DNA from: an uncultured Bacteroidales bacterium
GTDB lineage: Bacteria > Bacteroidota > Bacteroidia > Bacteroidales > Bacteroidaceae
Reading direction: 5' to 3'
Length of the DNA stretch: 64,000 nucleotides
NCBI GenBank assembly: GCA_902783655.1
Contig: CACZRZ010000036.1
Coordinates: 164-64,163 of the forward strand
Shown: positions 15,527 through 23,408 of the stretch, one piece after another
Numbering within the stretch: the stretch's first letter is position 1
Layout: each line of letters starts with the position of its first letter
Program-made: the position numbers and the translations under genes
The notes under the pieces: model-generated
What the model saw: the letters and a program-made list of their open reading frames with translations, nothing else
What the model was told of the DNA's origin: nothing
Databases searched by the model: none

Positions 15527-17650
15527 CTATGGTAAGGCTGTGATTGTTCCGAAGCGTCCCCAGACAGAGTTTTGCTTATAGGCTTCCACAGCTGTCGCCG
15601 GGACCTGAAGTATGGCTTCGGGCAACTGAACCCCGACGAACACGGTGGTGGCGATGTCCTGCGGCGTAACAGCCTGGTTGGTGACCGACTTAAGTCTGCC
15701 GCAATGAGAGAAAGCACCATCGCCTATCTCCGCCAGTGATGCAGGAAGTTCCACTTGCTCCAATCCGCACGTAGAGAAAGCATTCTGACCAATGTTGGAA
15801 ACTGAGGACGGAACAGAGAAGCTTCGCAGTGCCGAGCATTTGTTGAAAGCCGAAGCTCCGATGGTGTTTAACTGACATTCGGAGGACACGCTGACTGAGG
15901 CCAGGGCCGTGCAGCCCGAAAAGGCGTCGTGCTCAATCTTTTGCAGGGCGGAAGGAAGATTCACATTCGTCAGCGATGCACAGTTCTCGAAGGCCATAGG
16001 ACCTATCTCTTGTACACCATCGGGCAACTGGATGGACGTGAGCCCCGAACCCTTGAAGGCTTGATAATCTACTTCTATGGTTGCAGAGGGCAGTGTTATC
16101 TGTTTCAGACTGGTGCAATTTTCGAACATGCCTTGTGGAACAACCGTTATAGAGGTTGGCAATTTGATTGAAGACAAGCCTGTGCAACCACTGAATATGT
16201 ATGCACCCATCCACGAGATGCCATTGGGGAGTGATATCTGACTGAGTCCCGTACAGCCGTGAAAGGTGGATGAACCAATGTATCGAAGGCCCTCGGGCAA
16301 ACTGATGTTGGTGAGCCCCTTGCAATTATAGAAGACAGCACCTTCGGATGCTACGTATGGGTTGCCCTTCGCATCATAATATACATAGGAGATGCCGATA
16401 CTGTCGAGTGTGGAAGGCAGAGAGACCTTGGTTAGGGCTGGGCAGTTGCCAAATTCCACATCGAGCACCTTGACGCCCTCGGCTACGGTCAGTGAGGTCA
16501 GTTTCTTGTTGGTAGCGAATGCAGAACGTCCACTATGGTTGGTACGGGCATCCGACTGGAGGGTCACACTGGTAATGTCATTATCGGCAAAGGCTCCGGA
16601 GCCGACGTACTTGAGGCTCTTGGGCAAAACCACATTGCCCGTGATGATTGCCTTGTGGAAGGCGGAATCGCCAATGGTTTCTATGCCTTCTGCCAGTATT
16701 GGAGTGTTGAGAATGGCATTTTCGAAAGCATATTTGCCAATTTCGCGTATGCCCGAGAGGTTAGGGTTGTTGAGGCTCGTACATGTGTGATAGGCACCTT
16801 CGGGTAGCACTCCAGAAGTGGGTACGACCATTTGTTTGAGGCTGGCGCACTTATAGAAGGCGTATTCATCCAGTGTGTCTATACTGAGGGAGCCGTTGCC
16901 CAGGGAGGTCATTGACTGACAATTGGCAAAGCATTCATAACCAATATATTTGAGCGACTTCGGCAGCGAGATGGAGGGCAGGAAGTAACAGTCGTAGAAG
17001 GTATAGTCATCAAGAGCCTCTATACCTTCGGGAATGGATAGAGGTGATTTCAGATAATGACAATAGCAGAAGGCACTGCGCCCAATCTCCTGCACCGTAG
17101 ATGGAATGTTTACTGAACGCAGCGAGTCGCAGTGATAAAAAGCCTGTGAAGATACTCTGGTGATACCTTCTGGCAATTGCAACTGACGCAGACGTGTGTA
17201 GCCAAAGGCATATCTGGGAAGACTGTTATCGACGGTCAGCAGGCATAGTTCGTCGCCATCGCTACTTTCATATACGAAGAATGCATCACCACCCTGCTTG
17301 AAACTGGCCTCCGACAAGTCAAGCCGAACGAGCTGACCTTCCGTCTTGTCATCTTTTTTTAGTCCAGAGCCAGCCATTTCCCGTATCAGCTTGAGGTCGC
17401 TTCCATTGATGTCTCCCTTCACTTTTAGTGCGTTGATTTTCAGTGGGTCTATCTTTTCAACCTCCTTGAGATGGGTCTCAAGACTACCTGCCTCTGCCAA
17501 TTGTATGCTGACAGAATCGGAACCATTCATGGTGTTTCCGGACTGAGAGGATTGCCCGTCGGGGTTATATATAAGTTCCTTGGTACAGGCACTGAACAGA
17601 CATAGCCCGACAAGGATGATGAGGCTGGGATGGAAGAATTTATTTGTCAT
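15527..17650 (-). CDS. BspA-type leucine-rich-repeat lipoprotein
   Basis: It has a lipobox (LFSAC) and many LRR_5-like units (I(P/G)xxAFxxCxxLxS(I/V)xLP). Its start overlaps the upstream gene's stop by 4 nt. Confidence 0.85.
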   Translation of the reverse strand: MTNKFFHPSLIILVGLCLFSACTKELIYNPDGQSSQSGNTMNGSDSVSIQLAEAGSLETHLKEVEKIDPLKINALKVKGDINGSDLKLIREMAGSGLKKDDKTEGQLVRLDLSEASFKQGGDAFFVYESSDGDELCLLTVDNSLPRYAFGYTRLRQLQLPEGITRVSSQAFYHCDSLRSVNIPSTVQEIGRSAFCYCHYLKSPLSIPEGIEALDDYTFYDCYFLPSISLPKSLKYIGYECFANCQSMTSLGNGSLSIDTLDEYAFYKCASLKQMVVPTSGVLPEGAYHTCTSLNNPNLSGIREIGKYAFENAILNTPILAEGIETIGDSAFHKAIITGNVVLPKSLKYVGSGAFADNDITSVTLQSDARTNHSGRSAFATNKKLTSLTVAEGVKVLDVEFGNCPALTKVSLPSTLDSIGISYVYYDAKGNPYVASEGAVFYNCKGLTNISLPEGLRYIGSSTFHGCTGLSQISLPNGISWMGAYIFSGCTGLSSIKLPTSITVVPQGMFENCTSLKQITLPSATIEVDYQAFKGSGLTSIQLPDGVQEIGPMAFENCASLTNVNLPSALQKIEHDAFSGCTALASVSVSSECQLNTIGASAFNKCSALRSFSVPSSVSNIGQNAFSTCGLEQVELPASLAEIGDGAFSHCGRLKSVTNQAVTPQDIATTVFVGVQLPEAILQVPATAVEAYKQNSVWGRFGTITALP

Positions 17651-18615
17651 GGTTGGAAAGTTATGTTAATAACGGGACGGCAACCGACATACCTACTGTG
17701 GGAATCGTAGGCTCGGGCTGTAGATCGAATCATGCGGATGTCCTTGTGGATATAGCCATAATAGGCCCTGTTCTTGTCCCATTCATCGGTGAAGCGCGTT
17801 CCTGCATGGCTGCCGCCACGCACTACATGGTCTTTTCCTACGGTCGTGCAGGGATCCACTTGTAAGGTTTCGTCAGTGTATGGGGCATATGCATCGAGAC
17901 ACCATTCTCCTTGTTTGTCAGCCATGTTATACAGCCCTAATTCGTTGGGACGGGAATGGTTCGTTTCGTCGATGTTGGCACTCCATACGTCCTTGAGTGC
18001 ATTGCTGCCTGGATAGCGGTAGCCCTGGCTCTGATTGCCTCCACGGGCTGCATATTCCCATTGTGCCTCGGTGGGGAAAGTGAACTCCAGACCTGTGTAT
18101 TCCTGCATGAGTCGAAGGATGTAGTTCCATTCTTCCCATGTCCAATAAAGATCTTTTCCCTGATATTTTTTGATGTTTGCAACATCGTCTTCGTTGGATT
18201 CTTGGTCGGTCATCTTCTTTCCTGTGGCAGCATTGACGTCGGCGCGCGTCTGGGGTACGGAAAGCAAGGTCTCGACTTGGTCGTATGTCAGCTCGTGGGC
18301 ACAGATGTAAAAATCCGAAAGGCGTACGAAATGTACGGGCGCCTCATCGGGCTTGGCATCGGCATCCTGGTCCTGACGACATCCCATCATGAAGGTGCCT
18401 CCCTCTACTCGTACCATGTCCGATATGATGCTTTGCAGCACTTGCTGCTGTTCGGCAGAGAGATAGGCACGCCACTGAACATTGAAGGCATCTATTTGTT
18501 CCGTGTTGCCCCCCACGAAACCATCGTCATTTAACTCCGAAGTGCAAGATGCAACCATCAGACCAATGGCTGTAACTGCAGTGAATCGGAAGATGTTTTT
18601 TATCCTGTTTTTCAT
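17647..18615 (-). CDS. FGE-sulfatase-fold (SUMF1/GldJ/GldK-like) lipoprotein lacking the FGE catalytic cysteines
   Basis: It has a lipobox (MVASC) and FGE-fold motifs VRVEGGTFMMG, WEYAARGGN, ELGLYNM and VVRGGSH. There is no CxxxxC after the RGGS motif. Confidence 0.85.
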   Translation of the reverse strand: MKNRIKNIFRFTAVTAIGLMVASCTSELNDDGFVGGNTEQIDAFNVQWRAYLSAEQQQVLQSIISDMVRVEGGTFMMGCRQDQDADAKPDEAPVHFVRLSDFYICAHELTYDQVETLLSVPQTRADVNAATGKKMTDQESNEDDVANIKKYQGKDLYWTWEEWNYILRLMQEYTGLEFTFPTEAQWEYAARGGNQSQGYRYPGSNALKDVWSANIDETNHSRPNELGLYNMADKQGEWCLDAYAPYTDETLQVDPCTTVGKDHVVRGGSHAGTRFTDEWDKNRAYYGYIHKDIRMIRSTARAYDSHSRYVGCRPVINITFQP

Positions 18616-18631
18616 AATGGCATAGAAGGGA

Positions 18632-19813
18632 TTAGGGCTTCATAACTATGCGCAGACCGCAGTAGGAATCGTTCTTACTGGGTCTTTGGCTAACCCATGA
18701 CATAATGCCCACACGATAGACTGTAGATGAGACGCTGATACTTTTCCCGTCGGCGAAGGTTCCTCCACGGGCCACATGATATTCGCCCCTGTTAGGTCCC
18801 GTCGGGTCTGTGGCTGGATTTGTGGTAAGTGCTCCACTGAAATCGCTGCACATCTCCTTGACGTTGCCGCTCATGTCGTACAGTCCTAATTCGTTGGCTT
18901 TCTTGGTGCCCACAACAGATGTGGTGAACAGAGGTGAATCCTCAGATATGTTTACATAGTAGGCAACCTCGTCGTAATAGTCGCTGCCGGCATACTGATA
19001 GCCCATGCTTTTGTTGCCACCGCGAGCGGCATATTCCCACTGTGCTTGTGTGGGCAACTGCAAGTTGAGTCCTGTCAGGGATGAGAGTTTGGCAAGATAG
19101 TCCATTGCCTCGTTCCACGTGAGATTTTCCACGGGTTTGTTGGCACCTACGAACCGGCTGGGGTTGCTATCCATGAGGGCCAGCCATTGGCTCTGGGTAA
19201 CCTCGAACTTCCCAATGTAGAAGGTGGAAAGTGTTACTTCGTGGACAGGATTGTCATCAGATGCATAGAGGCCGTAACCGGGCTTTTCCGGATCTGTGCT
19301 TTGGGCTCCCATAAGGAATTTCCCGCCATCGACACGGACAAGTTGTTTCAACTGGTCTGTAATGATGGCTTTTTGCGATTCGCTTATGTCATAGCTCCAA
19401 CGAAGTTTGAAATCGAAACCATCTATGACATCCCATTTTCCGCCTACCTGATAGATGGACAGGTCTTTGGAGAGCGTTTTGTTACCACGTTTAACGGTAA
19501 CGGTGATAATAGCAGTCCGCTGTTCTGCCAAGTTGTTGGCTTTGATGTCGAGCAGGATGTTTTTATTCTGTTGGTCGGCACTGACAATGCACCAGTCCTG
19601 GTTGCTGGTGGCCGTAAACTCGTTGTAGTTTGTCGTTACTTTCACCTGGCGGCTTTCTTGAGCGCTGCTCACTACGATGCCGCTTTCCGAAAGCGTCAAC
19701 TCTGGCTCAACGGCCCATTCTTCGGGGTCGAAGTCCTTGAGTTCGCAACTGGTCAGGGTGAGAATCGTAGCCAGCAGGAGACTCAGGGTATATGGTATGT
19801 ATCTCTTTTTCAT
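18632..19813 (-). CDS. BACON-domain plus FGE-sulfatase-fold lipoprotein lacking the catalytic cysteines
   Basis: It has a lipobox (LTLTSC) and an N-terminal BACON-like domain (QDWCIVSADQQ ... RTAIITVTV). FGE-fold motifs VRVDGGKFLMG, WEYAARGGN, ELGLYDMSGN and VARGGTF follow. Confidence 0.85.
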   Translation of the reverse strand: MKKRYIPYTLSLLLATILTLTSCELKDFDPEEWAVEPELTLSESGIVVSSAQESRQVKVTTNYNEFTATSNQDWCIVSADQQNKNILLDIKANNLAEQRTAIITVTVKRGNKTLSKDLSIYQVGGKWDVIDGFDFKLRWSYDISESQKAIITDQLKQLVRVDGGKFLMGAQSTDPEKPGYGLYASDDNPVHEVTLSTFYIGKFEVTQSQWLALMDSNPSRFVGANKPVENLTWNEAMDYLAKLSSLTGLNLQLPTQAQWEYAARGGNKSMGYQYAGSDYYDEVAYYVNISEDSPLFTTSVVGTKKANELGLYDMSGNVKEMCSDFSGALTTNPATDPTGPNRGEYHVARGGTFADGKSISVSSTVYRVGIMSWVSQRPSKNDSYCGLRIVMKP

Positions 19814-19863
19814 AGTTTTCAGTTTTTTCTATATACGTTCCAATCTTTCAATGTTGACGATTC

Positions 19864-21231
19864 TCATTTTTTCTTTTTGTGTTTGAAGAGTTTGGTTTGG
19901 TTCAGACTCAATCCTCCACACAACTGGAAGTCAACCGACATCTTGCCATGAGCAAATAGGGCACTGGTGCCAGCCGAAATGGATATCCAGTCGAAGAGTA
20001 CGCAGGAAAGACCCAGTTCTCCCTCGAAACCACGAAGGTAGTCGCTATAGAAATAGATGTTCTTGTCAATTTCCGTCAGGTTCTGCCACTGGCGACCATA
20101 TTCGCCGTAGCCTCCGCCAAGGTAAGCATACAGGGGAAGTTTTTTCTTGACGAGCCCGAGTCGCACACCTCCAGTATAGGCCCGACGGATGTATCCCAGT
20201 TTCTTTGCATGGCTGACATCGGTGTCGAGGTCGTATTTGTCGATGTTCGTGCCGGCTTTGTAATACTCACCCCACTTGCAGGCAAAATAAGCTCCGAAAC
20301 GTCCGCCATAGGCAACGCGGACACCATGGTACGATGTCTTGGAGAAGAGGTATTCCAAACTCAGACGGATAGGGAATCCCTCAGGCTTGCGCGTAGTGAT
20401 AAGGGTATATTGTTCGTGCGAGGTGCGTCCTGAGAAAATTCCGAACTTGGCATCGTGGGGCTTGAATTCATCCTTCTCGAGATGGATGATATATTCGTCT
20501 ATGGGCAGCCGATAGTCGCGTATGGGCGAATAGCCAATCAGGGAGTCGTTGACATACACCGAGAAACTGTCTTCTGGCTGGGTGAGTACTTCCAGATATC
20601 CGAACAGAGGCTTAAGGGTTACCGTTTTGCTAACCATCTCATCGCCCAGGTTTATTGTTCCGCTTTGGCTTTCGTGTTCAGGCGCTTCTACACGATACAG
20701 GTGCTCACCTTTTTGCATCATCATGGAAACAGAACCTTCGTGTACGTCCATTTCCTGGTTGTCGATGAATACGTGGGCATCAGTGGGTTGCGGGTGGATG
20801 ACCAGCAGTTGTTGGTTCGACCCCGCCATACTCTCGCCGCTGGAATATGTCTTTAGTCGCAGTCTGTAAACGACGCCCCGTTCAATGGGTTTCTCGTAGA
20901 TGTATTGGATAGGATAGTAGTCTTGGTGCTTGATGTAAATTTGTCGGGCACCATAGGGTACGAATATCCAGACTTCACCTGGTTGGTTGACGCGTTCCAC
21001 TATACCGCGTCCGTCGGGATCGAAAGCGATGTCCTTGAGGTTTGTCTCTACGATAATGAGGGCGCAGAGGTCGCCATCGTCGTCGTATCGTTTCTCCGAC
21101 ACTTGGGCGCGCAGGTCGTTGTCAATGCGTTTGAACGATAAAACCTCCATCACCTCTTGTGCCATTGCACTACCGCAAACCATCATGCAGACGGCGGTCA
21201 ACAGGGTTCTGAATGTAGAATAGAATTTCAT
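19864..21231 (-). CDS. secreted PEGA-like repeat protein with a beta-strand-rich (outer-membrane-barrel-like) C-terminal domain
   Basis: It has a signal peptide and PEGA-like modules (LLVIHPQPTDAHVFIDNQ ..., LEVLTQPEDSFSVYVNDSLIGYSP). The C-terminal 170 aa show alternating aromatic/Gly strands. The family call is tentative. Confidence 0.6.
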   Translation of the reverse strand: MKFYSTFRTLLTAVCMMVCGSAMAQEVMEVLSFKRIDNDLRAQVSEKRYDDDGDLCALIIVETNLKDIAFDPDGRGIVERVNQPGEVWIFVPYGARQIYIKHQDYYPIQYIYEKPIERGVVYRLRLKTYSSGESMAGSNQQLLVIHPQPTDAHVFIDNQEMDVHEGSVSMMMQKGEHLYRVEAPEHESQSGTINLGDEMVSKTVTLKPLFGYLEVLTQPEDSFSVYVNDSLIGYSPIRDYRLPIDEYIIHLEKDEFKPHDAKFGIFSGRTSHEQYTLITTRKPEGFPIRLSLEYLFSKTSYHGVRVAYGGRFGAYFACKWGEYYKAGTNIDKYDLDTDVSHAKKLGYIRRAYTGGVRLGLVKKKLPLYAYLGGGYGEYGRQWQNLTEIDKNIYFYSDYLRGFEGELGLSCVLFDWISISAGTSALFAHGKMSVDFQLCGGLSLNQTKLFKHKKKK

Positions 21232-21264
21232 TGGGTATTAGGAAAATATTTTTTACGTATGCGT

Positions 21265-23148
21265 TTAGAAGATAAAGTCGGCCATGCTGAGTCGCCCGTC
21301 CTGAATAGTGGGGTCGAGGTCAGGCTGCCAGGCACGTACCTTTACGACAGGCTGTTGGGGCTTTTCGAGGTCGAGCAACAGAAAAAGGTATCCCGTGTCA
21401 CCATACGACGACGAGAAGTAGTCTTGCTTGATCTGTATACCATAGATTTCCTTGCCAGTCGATTTTTTGACCGTATTCTCGGCAAAATGGATGTTGATGT
21501 ATTCGTTGCTCATCATCGTCCGTTGCAGATTCTTGAGATATTGGGATTTGGTTTGGCGGGTGTACTTCACGTGCTGCAACTGTTTGGGTTGGAGTTCGCC
21601 ATATCCAGCTGACGAGACCACACTGCCTGTGATGATAAGGGCGTCATTCGAGAATATCTTGTCCAGGTAGTCGAGTCGGCGAAGCGCGTATGCCGTCTTG
21701 TAGCTCTCCAGGAAACTCACGAGCAGCTTGCGCGATTCTTCGCTATATCGCTTGGCCGAGTTGTTCATGATGTCGTCTGTTGCACGCTCCTCCAGGCCGA
21801 AAGCAACCTCCGTGATGAGGGCATCGTCGTTGAGGCGGAAAATGACGTTTTCCGAAAACGTACGTCTGTTGGTCTTGAAACTGAAACTCATGGGGAAATG
21901 CCGACAAGTGATTTCATTGCCGAGGCGTGAGAAACGTACGTCTGGCGTACGGATGAGACGGGCATTTCCATAACTGACCAGTTTTTGGAACATGTCATAG
22001 CCTTCAGGCGTAAACAGGTCGCGTACGCTGCTGTAGTTCTTGCTACGCAGTGCCTGTTCCACTTTGGAAATGGTGGCAAGGAAAGGCTTGGCCTCTGCCT
22101 CTTCCATATATTTCACCATCGTGCTGTTTGGGGCAATGTCCGTGACAGGTTTATCGGACTTTGCTATTTTCACGGGTTGCTGTGTCTCTTGAGCTTTCTG
22201 GGCGGCCACATCCTTTATGCCCTGCAGTTGCATTTTGGCCATCTGGAGTGGTACTGAGGGGGTGTTCATCAGCACGTCGCGCAGTTCGCTGTCCATGTTC
22301 GCTTCTTCCTCGCAACTGTATTCGGCGCGTATGTCAAGTTTCGACAGATTGAGCGAGGCCGGCAGGAACAGGGCGTCGTCGCCGTTTTGGAGTGTGCTGA
22401 GGTCGGAGCGACGTTCACCGTTGAAATATGTATAGTTGAAGTTGACTGCAGGCTGACCTTTGTAGTCCACATGCAGTCCTAAGGTGCGCGTTCCGTCCTC
22501 CTCTAATGTGTTCGAGCTTACACTTACCTGTACGTTTTGCAGTATCTCCTTCAGTTTGTTGTAGATATAGTTGATGAGCAGTTGTTCCTCGTTCAGGCCA
22601 AGGGTTATTTTCAGTTCATTGCCCGATGGACAGCTGCGCAGCAGGGCCAATGCCCAGTAATAGTAACTCAGTGCGTCGCCCACTCTGTTGTCTTTCTCGT
22701 AGCGTTCTGCATTACGGGCAAAGGTCATGGCCTTTTCGCGCCGGCTGTCGAAAACCTTGTCTAAGTCGGCGGTCTTGATGTAGCGCACGACAACGGCATC
22801 AGGTTCGTCCTTCACTACAATCTCCAAGGCTCCGCGCAGCGAGGTATGGGAGTAGGTCTTTACGATGGAATTTACTTGTTGGTTGAACTCACTCTCCTTG
22901 CCTTTTGTCTTCGAGTCCATGATGTACTCAAACTGGGAACTGACATTTGTGGAAATCTGTCCTGCCAAGTCTGCAAGCGCATTCTCCTGTGCCTGTCGCA
23001 GAGTGGAGGAATGCCCCATTCCCACGATATAATTGCCGCTACTTTGTATTTCTTTCAGCAGTGCCTTCTGGTTCTTGTCAATCTGAGCTAACGCAGGCAG
23101 AGTCAGCAGCATAAACAGCAGTGTCAGGTGTCTTGGAAGGTTTCTCAT
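21265..23148 (-). CDS. LPP20-like N-terminal domain protein with an NTF2/SnoaL-like C-terminal region
   Basis: The signal peptide is MRNLPRHLTLLFMLLTLPALAQ. The LPP20-like segment reads GMGHSSTLRQAQENALADLAGQIS. The start is set at ATG 23148 because the longer ORF start (23196) lies inside the predicted promoter box. Confidence 0.55.
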   Translation of the reverse strand: MRNLPRHLTLLFMLLTLPALAQIDKNQKALLKEIQSSGNYIVGMGHSSTLRQAQENALADLAGQISTNVSSQFEYIMDSKTKGKESEFNQQVNSIVKTYSHTSLRGALEIVVKDEPDAVVVRYIKTADLDKVFDSRREKAMTFARNAERYEKDNRVGDALSYYYWALALLRSCPSGNELKITLGLNEEQLLINYIYNKLKEILQNVQVSVSSNTLEEDGTRTLGLHVDYKGQPAVNFNYTYFNGERRSDLSTLQNGDDALFLPASLNLSKLDIRAEYSCEEEANMDSELRDVLMNTPSVPLQMAKMQLQGIKDVAAQKAQETQQPVKIAKSDKPVTDIAPNSTMVKYMEEAEAKPFLATISKVEQALRSKNYSSVRDLFTPEGYDMFQKLVSYGNARLIRTPDVRFSRLGNEITCRHFPMSFSFKTNRRTFSENVIFRLNDDALITEVAFGLEERATDDIMNNSAKRYSEESRKLLVSFLESYKTAYALRRLDYLDKIFSNDALIITGSVVSSAGYGELQPKQLQHVKYTRQTKSQYLKNLQRTMMSNEYINIHFAENTVKKSTGKEIYGIQIKQDYFSSSYGDTGYLFLLLDLEKPQQPVVKVRAWQPDLDPTIQDGRLSMADFIF

Positions 23149-23193
23149 CGTTATAAATTGAAGCTTTAACAAATATTTACCATAAATATATGG

Positions 23194-23201
23194 CAAAGTT
23201 A
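23194..23201 (-). promoter_or_regulatory. candidate -7 box (TAACTTTG) for the five-gene envelope operon
   Basis: A TAnnTTTG match on the minus strand 46 nt upstream of ATG 23148. Confidence 0.45.
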
Positions 23202-23275
23202 AGAAGAATTTAATAAGCAGCCAAATGAAAATGTAAAAAAGTAAGTGGAATAATAGGAAATGAAAAGATTTTTCG

Positions 23276-23283
23276 TAACTTTG
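23276..23283 (+). promoter_or_regulatory. candidate -7 box (TAACTTTG) upstream of the glycosidase gene
   Basis: A TAnnTTTG match about 125 nt upstream of 23409. Confidence 0.35.
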
Positions 23284-23314
23284 TCGCAGAATGGTTTAAA
23301 TGTTATATTTATGA

Positions 23315-23383
23315 ACTTTCGGCATGTCGTGCAACAATGGCATATGGGCCAGCAAGGGACGCAAGACGATAGTGAATAATTGA
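23315..23383 (+). pseudogene. 3'-terminal remnant of a paralogous T9SS-tailed gene
   Basis: It translates as TFGMSCNNGIWASKGRKTIVNN*. The real C-terminus of the downstream gene reads LSGRPAASVRGMRVSKGRKTIVKK*. A 21-nt stretch, CAGCAAGGGACGCAAGACGAT, is identical at 23350-23370 and 26513-26533. Confidence 0.6.
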
Positions 23384-23408
23384 CTGCATTTCGAATAATG
23401 TAAAAGGT

